NCBI GenBank assembly: GCA_964391885.1
Contig: CAYMNU010000075.1
Span: 338-64,337, forward strand
DNA from: an uncultured archaeon
GTDB lineage: Archaea; Altiarchaeota; Altiarchaeia; JAFGQM01
Direction: 5' to 3'
Length of the DNA: 64,000 bases
Under the pieces are notes generated by a model, which ran no database searches, was not told the origin of the DNA, and saw nothing but the letters and a program-made list of their open reading frames with translations. Below, in pieces: positions 20,039-29,010 of this stretch. How positions within the stretch are numbered: position 1 is the first letter of the stretch; the number at the start of each line of letters is the position of its first letter. Made by a program: the position numbers and the translations under genes.

Positions 20039-20545
20039 TTACATTCCCCCTCCTTCTTCAATCCATCCTTCTTCTTCGGCATACCACCCTTCAGGGTTTT
20101 TGATATAATCATATGCCTTTTCAATGAGCTCATAATGAGCCTCTTCTTGTTCCATCAGGAACTTAAAGAATTTCTTGGCTTTTTCGTCATGAGCCTTTTC
20201 TAGTTGCTCTTTGTAGAAACGATAAGCATTTTTCTCGAACTCTAAACCTGCTTCATGAGCCTCTATATCACTATCGCTCAATTCAGTTTTTTCTTCAAGA
20301 CCGCCAATTATCTCCCTAAACTTTTTCTTGACCTCAGGGAGCATATCACCCTTTAACTGGACGTCAGGGCTGTGCCGGTCTATGAATTCTTCCACTTCCC
20401 TGATATGGTTTATCTCTTCCTTCGCCAGATATTCAAATGTTCTCTTAACCACCTGATTCTCTGTTTTCGCCGCAGCTTCAGTATATATACCGTAGCCCTT
20501 CTTCTCGAAATCCAATGCCGTTTTCAAAGCCTCTTCGATTTCCAT
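20039..20545 (-). CDS. Rubrerythrin-like ferritin-fold di-iron protein without a rubredoxin domain
   Basis: 168 aa; two ExxH pairs (EEINH, EQEEAH) in a four-helix pattern; its stop abuts the dfx start. Confidence 0.65.
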   Translation of the reverse strand: MEIEEALKTALDFEKKGYGIYTEAAAKTENQVVKRTFEYLAKEEINHIREVEEFIDRHSPDVQLKGDMLPEVKKKFREIIGGLEEKTELSDSDIEAHEAGLEFEKNAYRFYKEQLEKAHDEKAKKFFKFLMEQEEAHYELIEKAYDYIKNPEGWYAEEEGWIEEGGGM

Positions 20546-20556
20546 TTTTACAGTAA

Positions 20557-20575
20557 TACAGCATATAATGCTGTA
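20557..20575 (-). promoter_or_regulatory. 19-bp perfect palindrome TACAGCAT-ATA-ATGCTGTA centred on a TATA box, 12 nt upstream of the rubrerythrin-like/dfx operon start
   Basis: Read directly from sequence. Its position fits a leaderless archaeal promoter with an operator overlapping the TATA box. Confidence 0.5.
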
Positions 20576-20602
20576 AAAACTCGCTTCAGCGAAGCTGAAG
20601 CG
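20570..20602 (-). terminator. Terminator hairpin (CGCTTCAGC-GAA-GCTGAAGCG) plus T-tract after the FTR-like gene
   Basis: Perfect 9-bp stem at 20582-20602, followed on the minus strand by TTTTTAC. Confidence 0.55.
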
Positions 20603-20609
20603 GTGTTTT

Positions 20610-20876
20610 CTACCTCTTTACAAAAAGCCCGCACCAACACCTGCCTTGCGATTTCCATGTGGAATGCGTCTTGAACTTGCAGGGGCAAATGAGCTCCATA
20701 TCCCTTTCCTTCGTGCCGTCGCGGAGCCTGCATGGGCAAAGCCCCAAACCATATTTCTCGCGGTTAAGGAGGACTCCCTCGGCTACCTTTTCAACTAGTC
20801 CTGAGTCTGGGTTCAGCTTGAAATCCTTCCCTTCAGTGAATCTACCCCAAGCTTTGATTAAATTCTCTTTATCCAT
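20610..20876 (-). CDS. Ferredoxin:thioredoxin-reductase catalytic-subunit-like protein (FTR-like)
   Basis: 88 aa; CPC-x16-CPC-x16-CWC cysteine spacing, similar to the FTR catalytic chain. Confidence 0.65.
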   Translation of the reverse strand: MDKENLIKAWGRFTEGKDFKLNPDSGLVEKVAEGVLLNREKYGLGLCPCRLRDGTKERDMELICPCKFKTHSTWKSQGRCWCGLFVKR

Positions 20877-21454
20877 TACTCACACTTTTCTATGAAATAC
20901 GCTTTTGGATGGTCGCACGACGGGCATTTTTCGGGCGCTTCCTTGCCTTCATACACATACCCGCACTTCAGGCAAACCCAGAAGGTTTTTTCCTCCCGCT
21001 TGAACATGGTGCCCCCTTCCACCCTCGCGCGCAGATTTTTGTAATGCTCTTCATGGTGTTCTTCTGCCTTTGCAATAGCCCTTAGCCTGGCTGCAATATC
21101 AGGGAAACCCTCGGCCTCGGCAACCTTCGCGAAATCAGGATACATAGTTGTGTTCTCGTAATGTTCGCCTTCAATAGCCGCCTTTAAGTTGTCTGCAGTA
21201 GTTCCCATAACCGTGGGCACCTCCGCCTCCACTTTGAGGTCATCGAGGTTCTCGCCGCTCTTATCCTTCAACTTGTTTATTAACTTGAAGAGCCATTTGG
21301 CATGCTCGCGCTCGTTCTCTGCAGTTTCCAGGAAAACCTTTGAAATCTCCTCATAACCTTCTTTCTTCGCTATTTTGGCGTAGATGGTATACCTGTTCCT
21401 TGCCTGGCTCTCGCCTACAAAGGCAGCCGCCAGGTTTTTGATTGTTTCGTTCAT
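20876..21454 (-). CDS. rbr: Rubrerythrin
   Basis: 192 aa; di-iron ferritin-like domain plus a C-terminal rubredoxin-like CLKCG ... CPSC domain. Confidence 0.9.
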   Translation of the reverse strand: MNETIKNLAAAFVGESQARNRYTIYAKIAKKEGYEEISKVFLETAENEREHAKWLFKLINKLKDKSGENLDDLKVEAEVPTVMGTTADNLKAAIEGEHYENTTMYPDFAKVAEAEGFPDIAARLRAIAKAEEHHEEHYKNLRARVEGGTMFKREEKTFWVCLKCGYVYEGKEAPEKCPSCDHPKAYFIEKCE

Positions 21455-22638
21455 TTTATTTTATTTAGAGTTAATTTGTGCTTCTCGGATATCGCGCCTG
21501 CAAGGGCATCCAGGCTCTTCATATCTTCTTCTTTCGGATATCCCCTTACCATAACTGGCTCTAGCAGCTCGACTTTCAATGAAGGCAGCATTCCCTTAAT
21601 CTGCTCGGCTGCATTGCTCCCCCAGCCATATGAGCCGATGATTGCCGCAAATCTGGTTTTCGGCCTGATAGCGTTTGCAAGGTATGTAGCATAAACCGCG
21701 GAAGGATGCGCTCCGCTCAGAACTGTGGGTGTGGCTATGACTACCGTGGCGGCATCGACAAGCGCCATGGCCAGTTCACCTATATCGGAAACCACAAGAT
21801 TGAAGGGTTTCACCGAGACCCCTCTCTTAGTCAGTGCATCCACAAAGCGCCCGACCATAGCTTCAGTACTTCCGTGCATTGAGACATAAGCGATGACCAC
21901 TTCATTTTTGACATCATCCGAAGTCCAGCTCTTGTAAGCATTTATTATGAACTCGGGCTTGCTGTAGACTGGCCCGTGGCTGGGGGCTATCAGGCTTATG
22001 TCTAATTGCCCGATTCTTTCCAGATGCTTTTTAATCATCGCCCTGAAGGGCATCATAATCTCTGCGTAGTACCTCTTCGCGCCTTGGAGCAGTTTCTCAT
22101 CACCATCTGCAAACAAATCGCTTGTAGCTAGATGCGAGCCGAATAGGTCACAGGGGAAGAGTATTTTATCCTCTTTCAGATATGTCAATATAGTTTCAGG
22201 CCAGTGGACCCAGGGCGCAAATATGAACTGCAGGGTTTTGCCGCCCAGCGCAATCTCATCTCCGTCTTTCACTACCTGGAAGTTGCCTTCCTGAAGGGGC
22301 AGCAGATCCATTAGGAATTCCTTACACTTCTCGCTGCACACTATTTTTGCGCCCGGGTGCTCGTTTAGAACCTGGGGCAGCAAGCCCGAGTGGTCCTGCT
22401 CTGCGTGGTTGGCTACGATATAATCCAGCTTCACGCCAGTTTCTCTCAGGTTTTCCAGGAACTCCCTTTCCTTGCTTGGGTCGGCAGTGTCTATAAGGGC
22501 AGTCTTATCCTTACCTTGAACCACATACGCATTGTAACTGGTCCCCTCGGGCAGGGGTATAAGGCTGTCAAAGAGCCTTCTATCCCAGTCTTGAGCCCCA
22601 ACTGCCAATACATCCCCCACCAACTCTCTTGCTGCCAT
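21451..22638 (-). CDS. fprA: Flavodiiron protein (FprA, A-type flavoprotein; O2/NO reductase)
   Basis: 395 aa; metallo-beta-lactamase di-iron motif HAEQDH followed by a flavodoxin domain. Confidence 0.88.
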   Translation of the reverse strand: MAARELVGDVLAVGAQDWDRRLFDSLIPLPEGTSYNAYVVQGKDKTALIDTADPSKEREFLENLRETGVKLDYIVANHAEQDHSGLLPQVLNEHPGAKIVCSEKCKEFLMDLLPLQEGNFQVVKDGDEIALGGKTLQFIFAPWVHWPETILTYLKEDKILFPCDLFGSHLATSDLFADGDEKLLQGAKRYYAEIMMPFRAMIKKHLERIGQLDISLIAPSHGPVYSKPEFIINAYKSWTSDDVKNEVVIAYVSMHGSTEAMVGRFVDALTKRGVSVKPFNLVVSDIGELAMALVDAATVVIATPTVLSGAHPSAVYATYLANAIRPKTRFAAIIGSYGWGSNAAEQIKGMLPSLKVELLEPVMVRGYPKEEDMKSLDALAGAISEKHKLTLNKIK

Positions 22639-22651
22639 AATTTTCTAAACC

Positions 22652-23134
22652 CTAATCTCTTTTAAGCTGTCCTTGCACCATGAAAAGCTTGTCTTCGCCG
22701 GCCATTTCACACATCTTGAGTATGCCGTCAAAGGTAGCTTCTTCCTCAACCTGCTCGCTGACGTACCACTGCAAGAAGTTCTCTGTAGCAAGGTCGCCCT
22801 CTTTTCTGGCCTGCCTCACAAGATCATGTATGTTCTTAGTTATGAACTTCTCGTGGTTTAGGGCGGCCTCTATCATGGCGATGCCCGACTTGTAATCGCT
22901 ATTGGGCTTTGGCAAGGCCTGGACTTCAGGCTTCGCACCCGCTTCCAGCGAATACTTGATGAACTTCATCGCATGCTCCTCTTCTTCCCTAGCTTGCTTA
23001 TACATGAAGTCCGCGAAGCCGCCAAGACCCATACCCTCAAACTCTATGGCCATAGCCAAATAGATATTAGCGGATTCCATCTCCCTTCCTATCTGCGCGT
23101 CTATAGACGCTCCCATTTCCTTACTTAAGCCCAT
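22652..23134 (-). CDS. Ferritin (non-heme, FtnA-like)
   Basis: 160 aa; ferroxidase-centre residues E..Y ... EEEEHAMKF ... E..Q pattern of prokaryotic ferritins. Confidence 0.78.
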   Translation of the reverse strand: MGLSKEMGASIDAQIGREMESANIYLAMAIEFEGMGLGGFADFMYKQAREEEEHAMKFIKYSLEAGAKPEVQALPKPNSDYKSGIAMIEAALNHEKFITKNIHDLVRQARKEGDLATENFLQWYVSEQVEEEATFDGILKMCEMAGEDKLFMVQGQLKRD

Positions 23135-23156
23135 TTTCTTATTCAGCTAGATTCTC

Positions 23157-23315
23157 CTAAACTTTCTCGAACTGGTCTTTCCCTACTCCGCAGACTGGGC
23201 AAACCCAACTGTCTGGTATGTCCTTAAAATCCGTTCCTGGAGCTACCCCTGAATCTGGGTCGCCCTTCTCAGGGTCGTATACATATCCGCACACCTTGCA
23301 TTTGTATTGGTCCAT
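23157..23315 (-). CDS. Rubredoxin (52 aa; missed by the ORF track)
   Basis: Manual translation of the minus strand: [52 protein letters not shown]. Two CxxCG knuckles. Confidence 0.8.
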   Translation of the reverse strand: MDQYKCKVCGYVYDPEKGDPDSGVAPGTDFKDIPDSWVCPVCGVGKDQFEKV

Positions 23316-23400
23316 TTTTGTTTAGAATGCGATAGGGACTGCTTAAAGGCATAACCCCTGCTAATATTCAGACTCCGCTATAAAAAAGGCAATTTTAAGC

Positions 23401-23961
23401 TTAAACAGCACAGGAAACCACGCGCCTCGCAATCCCGGCTTTGAGGACCCCAAACGCCACTATGCCCCCTACAAGAGCGGTCAGAAGCTGCATGAACCCC
23501 ATGCTCGCCAGGAAGGCCTCCGGCAGGAGCGAGAGTGAGAAGAGAGCGAATGCTGAAATGAAAAGGAAGCCGGATTTTGCCACTGCGGCAGCACCCAAGG
23601 TTATCCCATAGTTAAATTTTTTCTTTGAATATAACTCCCTTACAATGAGGACAAGAATCGCGTTGCCCGCCCAGATGAAGGGCAGCATGACCGCCAAAAA
23701 CGGAGTGAATGGCCCGAATATGATTCCCCTGGCCAAGACTGCAAGGCTCGGCGCGAAGAGCAGGGGCAGGACGAGCTTACCTGATTTTAGTTGTATCGCC
23801 CCCAATATAAGCGAAGCATTGACTATTACGCCCACAAGCTCCTGCGGGTGGCCCAATGAAAAGGGAACCAGAAAAGCGATTGCAAAGTATGCGTAGAATC
23901 GCACAAGCTCGTGCGAGCAAGCAAGGAGGTATTTTTCCAGTGTCTGATTAGAGTTTATCAT
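23401..23961 (-). CDS. Polytopic membrane protein (hypothetical, possibly a small-substrate transporter component)
   Basis: 186 aa; 5-6 hydrophobic helices; no diagnostic motif. Confidence 0.4.
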   Translation of the reverse strand: MINSNQTLEKYLLACSHELVRFYAYFAIAFLVPFSLGHPQELVGVIVNASLILGAIQLKSGKLVLPLLFAPSLAVLARGIIFGPFTPFLAVMLPFIWAGNAILVLIVRELYSKKKFNYGITLGAAAVAKSGFLFISAFALFSLSLLPEAFLASMGFMQLLTALVGGIVAFGVLKAGIARRVVSCAV

Positions 23962-24012
23962 CTTGATTAGTTATTGCATTATTCCCTTCACATCAATATA
24001 TCCGCATTATAT

Positions 24013-25131
24013 CTATCCGAACATTACATTAAAATCTTTCACGTGCAGGACTTCCTTGGACTTTTTTCCAAAGGGTTTGCCGATGTAGTCTTTGTATAGT
24101 TGTTTTATGAGGGGATTCTCGTGCGCGCCTTTTATGACTGCGTTGTCGTCGTAATGTGTCAGCGCGCGTATTCGCTTGCTTATGAACTCTGCTTGCCCTG
24201 GATTCGGCATCCCCGGCCCGCCGACGCATCCGCCGGAACAGAACATCATCTCGACCATGTGGAAATCCCTGTATTTCCCGTCCAGGAATCCCTTGCAGAA
24301 CTCGTGTATGCCTTTTGCACCCTCAACCATACCCACCTTGAGCTCGGAATCACCACATTTCAATATCTTCTCGCGTATGCCCTCGCCGATTATCTTCTCC
24401 TCATAGAGGTGCTCCCTTGCATCGCAGCCGCCGCCGTACATGGCGGTGAATGTCCTGAGTGTCGCTTCCATGACCCCCCCCGTCGAAGCGTATATAGTGC
24501 CTGCGGAAGAAGTCATCCCTAACGGGGCATCAAAGAAGCCGTCCTTCAGGTTTGCGAAATCTATCCCCTCGCTCTTTATCCAGTTCACCAGCTCCATAGC
24601 AGTAAGGACAAGATCTGTCTGACCCTTCCTTACTTCCATCTTTTTTGCAAAGCAGGGCATCACAGCCGTCACGGTTATGTCGCCGAAGTTCCTCTCATGG
24701 GTGAGGTAGTCCTTAGCAAACGAGCTGACCATCTCCATGGGGCTCTTGCATGTGGAAAGGTAAGGTATGATGTCTGGATACATCTTCACGCAGATGCCCG
24801 CCCACGAAGGGCAGCAGGAGGTCATCATTGGCAGTAGGTGATTTTTCTCCAGCCGCTCTTTCAGCTCGGCGGATTCTTCCATGACCCTTAATTCAGCGCC
24901 GAAATCCGTCTCAAAGACACGCTTGAATCCAAGCATGTGTAGCGCAGCCACAAGCTTCCCCTCTACATTCTGCCCCGGCTCCATCCCAAATGCTTCCCCC
25001 AATGCAACTCGCAATGAAGGCGCAGTCTGTATGCACGCGAACTTGCCGTCTATTAGCTCCTTTGCCTTTTCTATCTCACTAGCCACCATCTTCTCTCTAG
25101 TGTAAATTTTTGTTTTGTTTTTAATAAACAT
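24013..25131 (-). CDS. hydA: [FeFe]-hydrogenase catalytic H-cluster domain protein (minimal type, no accessory ferredoxin domains)
   Basis: 372 aa; all three H-cluster signatures present: TSCCPSW (L1), MPCFAKK (L2), EMMFCSGGCVGGPGMP (L3). Confidence 0.78.
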   Translation of the reverse strand: MFIKNKTKIYTREKMVASEIEKAKELIDGKFACIQTAPSLRVALGEAFGMEPGQNVEGKLVAALHMLGFKRVFETDFGAELRVMEESAELKERLEKNHLLPMMTSCCPSWAGICVKMYPDIIPYLSTCKSPMEMVSSFAKDYLTHERNFGDITVTAVMPCFAKKMEVRKGQTDLVLTAMELVNWIKSEGIDFANLKDGFFDAPLGMTSSAGTIYASTGGVMEATLRTFTAMYGGGCDAREHLYEEKIIGEGIREKILKCGDSELKVGMVEGAKGIHEFCKGFLDGKYRDFHMVEMMFCSGGCVGGPGMPNPGQAEFISKRIRALTHYDDNAVIKGAHENPLIKQLYKDYIGKPFGKKSKEVLHVKDFNVMFG

Positions 25132-25176
25132 AGTTGCGAATAGGCAAGTAAGACAGGCAAATTAGCTTGGTCTGGA

Positions 25177-25788
25177 ATGGAAAAACTCGAAAAGCGCATA
25201 ATAGGGCTTAAAGCAGGGAATGCAGGCGAGACTGTTAGGCGCAGGCTTGAGGAGTTCAGGGAAAACAGCGAATCCCCCGAGCGCATATTCTCAGAGCTCT
25301 GCTTCTGCATTTGCACTGCAAACAACAGCGCAGAACGGGGAATTCGAGCCCAGAAGGAAATCGATTTTTGTTCGCTGCCGGAAGTGGAGCTGCGCAAGAA
25401 GATGAAGGAGGTCGTATGCAGGTTTTATAACACAAAGACCTTGTGCATATTAGAGGCGCGAGCGAAAAGGGAGGAAATCCTTGCGGCTTTGTCACTGCCG
25501 AGCAGCGAAGCCCGCGACTGGCTGGTGAAACGGGTCAAAGGCCTCGGATACAAGGAGGCCAGCCACTTCTTGAGAAACATAGGGCGCGAAGATCTTGCCA
25601 TAATCGATTTTCACATACTAGACATACTCTCTGAAAACGGTTTGATTGTTCGCCCGAAGTCGCTTACTCCGAGAGAATACATTAGAATTGAAGGCGTGCT
25701 TCGCACTATAGCATTGGAAACCGGGATGAGCCTTGCAGAGCTGGATTTGTATCTCTGGTACATGGAAACCGGCAAAATCCTGAAATAA
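25177..25788 (+). CDS. ogg: 8-oxoguanine DNA glycosylase/lyase, archaeal Ogg2-type (HhH-GPD)
   Basis: 203 aa; helix-hairpin-helix GLGYKEASHFLRNIG and a catalytic Lys/Asp arrangement like Ogg2. Confidence 0.72.
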   Translation: MEKLEKRIIGLKAGNAGETVRRRLEEFRENSESPERIFSELCFCICTANNSAERGIRAQKEIDFCSLPEVELRKKMKEVVCRFYNTKTLCILEARAKREEILAALSLPSSEARDWLVKRVKGLGYKEASHFLRNIGREDLAIIDFHILDILSENGLIVRPKSLTPREYIRIEGVLRTIALETGMSLAELDLYLWYMETGKILK

Positions 25789-25836
25789 GATATTTATTGG
25801 CGTAACCTTTAATACAATCAAATAAGCATCTAATAA

Positions 25837-27129
25837 ATGACTCGCTGCGACAAGTGCGGGGCGGAAGCCGCCGAAGGATTGATTCTTTGCCCGAGCTGCG
25901 GGCATAAATTGCCCGACCCCAATCCTCAAAAAATCGTCCCTGAAAAACAATATCGCGAAGCTCCAGAAGTCATAGACAGGCCCAAAGCCATTCCTACTCA
26001 ATCCATGGCTGCTACAAAACCGGACATTGGTGGGCAACATCCAGACAAAAAGGCGATTGAGAAACTTCCAGAAGAACCGAAACTTCCAGAAGAACAAAAG
26101 CCAATCGCAGCAAAGGAGAGCGATAAGAAGAAGGTGGATATGGCCCAGATACTCGATGGGGCATCTAAGCTTGATAAGTCCATTTCGCCGTCTACGCCTT
26201 ATATCAAAAAGCCGAAATCCCCTACCTTTTTGATAATTGCACTGATAGTGATATTTGGGGCTGCCATAGCAGTTATTTTAATGATGAATATCGACCAAAT
26301 TGCATGTCATCCGGATTGGGCTTGCGGCTCATGGCAGGGCTGTCGTGAGGGGGTTGAGATTAGAACATGCCTCGACAAGAATGAGTGCAATGTCAATACA
26401 GGCAGACCAGAGACTCGAAGGGAGTGCGACGATTGGACTCCTGTTAATACCACAGGCAATGAAACTTCCAATGACACTATTCCCACCTGCTCTGGCTTTG
26501 GCGATGTTTGCGGAGTTGAAGAAGACTGTTGCGAAGGCTTTTGCTTGCACGGCAGATGCTGGCCCAGCGACCCTTATTGCGGGGACGGGTATTGCGACCC
26601 TGGCGAAAACTGCATCACTTGTGAATATGATTGTGGCGCCTGCCCGACTCTGAGAGAGCTGGGTCAGAATGTTTATACCGAGCCGCTCTCATACACTGCC
26701 GAACAGGAGCTAAAGGAAGAGGGATATGTACTTATAAGTTACTTTTATTACGATTCGTGCAGCCCCTGCTTCTATCCTGTGCACATAGAAAACGAGCTCA
26801 GGGACCTGGCTGCCTCCATGAAAGACCTGGCCGTATTCCAATTCATAAATACTATACGGCAGAAGACATATGCCGATTTCAAGGGGAAGATACTGGGAAG
26901 GGTTTATACGCCTTCCATAATCATAGAAGGCGGCTCGAAGCCGGGCAATGACCCACTCTACTCCGGTTCGCTCAGCGATCTTGTGAATTCAGGGGATTTG
27001 GCCGATAAGATAAAAGAGATGATCTGCGAGCGGTCGGAGTATTGTAGATGGGATGAGAGAATTACGAGGACTTATGAACCTGCGCCCCTTATTGAAAATA
27101 TCGAACAAGTAGTTAATTCCAGTGTCTAA
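25837..27129 (+). CDS. Membrane protein: N-terminal zinc ribbon, Pro/Lys-rich linker, TM helix, cysteine-rich ectodomain with a CSPC motif (hypothetical)
   Basis: 430 aa; CDKCG ... CPSCG ribbon; TM FLIIALIVIFGAAIAVILMM; about 20 Cys in the ectodomain. Confidence 0.5.
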   Translation: MTRCDKCGAEAAEGLILCPSCGHKLPDPNPQKIVPEKQYREAPEVIDRPKAIPTQSMAATKPDIGGQHPDKKAIEKLPEEPKLPEEQKPIAAKESDKKKVDMAQILDGASKLDKSISPSTPYIKKPKSPTFLIIALIVIFGAAIAVILMMNIDQIACHPDWACGSWQGCREGVEIRTCLDKNECNVNTGRPETRRECDDWTPVNTTGNETSNDTIPTCSGFGDVCGVEEDCCEGFCLHGRCWPSDPYCGDGYCDPGENCITCEYDCGACPTLRELGQNVYTEPLSYTAEQELKEEGYVLISYFYYDSCSPCFYPVHIENELRDLAASMKDLAVFQFINTIRQKTYADFKGKILGRVYTPSIIIEGGSKPGNDPLYSGSLSDLVNSGDLADKIKEMICERSEYCRWDERITRTYEPAPLIENIEQVVNSSV

Positions 27130-27252
27130 ATACATCTTTAGAAAATATCTAAAAACCCACTATGTATCCTCAATTTCAAACAGAAATGAAAACCGAATTA
27201 ATCCGGCGATTAAGCGACTTTTAATATCCCTCAATCTAATCTCAGATTCAGA

Positions 27253-28263
27253 ATGAAAATCCAAGGCAAGAACTACCGCAGCGTGTGGATGGAAGGCTCC
27301 AGGGTAACCATGGTTGACCAGCCCAGGCTCCCCCACGAGTTTGCGCTTTTCCGCTGCAATGACTACGAAGATACTGCGCAGGCGATAAAAGACATGGTTA
27401 TTCGGGGGGCTCCGGCCATAGGCGCAGCGGCCTGCTACGGCATGGCGCAAGGTGCGCTGGCCGGAGAGCTCGATGAGGCTGAGGCAGTCTTGTCAAAATC
27501 CCGCCCAACTGCATACGACCTTTTCGATGCGATAAAATACTTCAAGAAGAATTACACGAACAGCTCAGATCCTGTATCCATCGCGGACGCATATGCTGAC
27601 GAGTCGGCTGATCGTTGCCGCAAAATAGGCGAGATCGGAGACGAGCTAATCAAGGACGGCGCTCGCATCTTGACGCACTGCAACGCAGGCGCTCTGGCCT
27701 GTGTGGACTACGGAACCGCATTAGCCCCGATGAGGGTTGCAAAAGAGAAGGGCAAAAAGATATTCATCTGGGTGGACGAGACAAGGCCGCGCTGTCAGGG
27801 GGCAAGGCTCACCGCATGGGAGCTTATGCAGGAGGGCATAGACTATGCGCTTATTGCAGACAATTCCGCCGGTTATTATATGCAGAGAGGCGAAGTAGAT
27901 CTTTGCATTGTAGGCACAGATAGGGTCGCCCTGAACGGTGACATAGCCAACAAGATAGGTACCTATGAAAAAGCAGTAGTCGCGCATGAGAACGGCATAC
28001 CCCTCTACATAGCCGCACCCTTTTCGACGATCGATTTCTCCTGCCCTTCAGGCAGTGACATTCCCATAGAGGAAAGGGATGCAGAGGAAGTCACACACAT
28101 GTGGGGCTGGAACGGCCATAGAATAGAAAAAGTTCGTGTCGCCCCGGAAGGCGCGAAAGCTCGAAACCCAGCCTTTGATGTTACTCCTGCCAAATACATC
28201 ACAGGCATCATAACTGAAAAGGGCATATTCAAGCCCGATGAGATAAGGGGCATGAAGCCTTAA
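27253..28263 (+). CDS. mtnA: eIF-2B alpha/beta/delta-family sugar-phosphate isomerase (methylthioribose-1-P / 5-deoxyribose-1-P isomerase, MtnA-like; could alternatively be a ribose-1,5-bisphosphate isomerase)
   Basis: 336 aa; family motifs RGAPAIG and TGTDRVA ... NKIGT. Lies near the MTA phosphorylase. Confidence 0.75.
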   Translation: MKIQGKNYRSVWMEGSRVTMVDQPRLPHEFALFRCNDYEDTAQAIKDMVIRGAPAIGAAACYGMAQGALAGELDEAEAVLSKSRPTAYDLFDAIKYFKKNYTNSSDPVSIADAYADESADRCRKIGEIGDELIKDGARILTHCNAGALACVDYGTALAPMRVAKEKGKKIFIWVDETRPRCQGARLTAWELMQEGIDYALIADNSAGYYMQRGEVDLCIVGTDRVALNGDIANKIGTYEKAVVAHENGIPLYIAAPFSTIDFSCPSGSDIPIEERDAEEVTHMWGWNGHRIEKVRVAPEGAKARNPAFDVTPAKYITGIITEKGIFKPDEIRGMKP

Positions 28264-28314
28264 GGCAAAAAGTTAACTTTTTCTATTTTTATTAATATTT
28301 CTTCTAATTAGTGT

Positions 28315-28563
28315 ATGGAATACGTCACAAGCGTGAAGCAGATAGGCGGCTCAGCATACCTTTTACTCCCTCCAAAATTCACAAGGTCGCATAATCTTGA
28401 CAGCGGGCGCAAGATGGTCCTAAGGGAATCTGGAGACGTGATAGTGATGGAGAAAAAGAGGCAGCAACTGGACAAGGTGTCCAGAGGTTTCCTGAACCTG
28501 AATCTGGATCTTGGTGGAATGGAAGTGACTCGGGAGGAAATATATGAGACTGATAGATACTAA
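28315..28563 (+). CDS. vapB: AbrB/SpoVT-type antitoxin (VapB-like)
   Basis: 82 aa; swapped-hairpin consensus (IGGSAYLLLPPKF ... GDVIVME); overlaps the PIN gene by 20 nt. Confidence 0.55.
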   Translation: MEYVTSVKQIGGSAYLLLPPKFTRSHNLDSGRKMVLRESGDVIVMEKKRQQLDKVSRGFLNLNLDLGGMEVTREEIYETDRY

Positions 28564-28975
28564 CATTCTAGTCCACTCTGCGGATAAAAAATCCCCTAAG
28601 CAGGAACGGGCAAAGGTGGTGTTGTCCTATTATATGGGTACTGGTGAGGCTTATGTAGTGTTGCAATCGGTAATTGAGATGTACTCAGCTTTGACTAAAT
28701 GCGTTGATGTCAATACTGCTCGGGATGCTGCGAACATGGTTTTAAACGCGAGCGGATTTAAAAAGATCCAAGCAGACTCGGAAGCTGTTTCAGAAGCCCT
28801 TGACATCGCAGCACATAAGAATTTAAGGCGCTCCGATGTTTTTGACGCACTATTGGTCGCAACAGCTAAGAGAAACGGAATCTTCAAAGTGCTAACTGAA
28901 AACCCGAAGCACTTTGAGGGCTTTGGTATTGAAGTCGAAACCCTTGAGACTGCCACACTCTCCGAAGACTTCTAA
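28544..28975 (+). CDS. vapC: PIN-domain ribonuclease toxin (VapC)
   Basis: 143 aa; LIDTNIL N-terminal acidic motif plus downstream conserved D/E residues. Confidence 0.75.
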   Translation: MRLIDTNILVHSADKKSPKQERAKVVLSYYMGTGEAYVVLQSVIEMYSALTKCVDVNTARDAANMVLNASGFKKIQADSEAVSEALDIAAHKNLRRSDVFDALLVATAKRNGIFKVLTENPKHFEGFGIEVETLETATLSEDF

Positions 28976-29010
28976 AAGTAGGTTTTAATGTCTCGAACCT
29001 AAAAATTATT

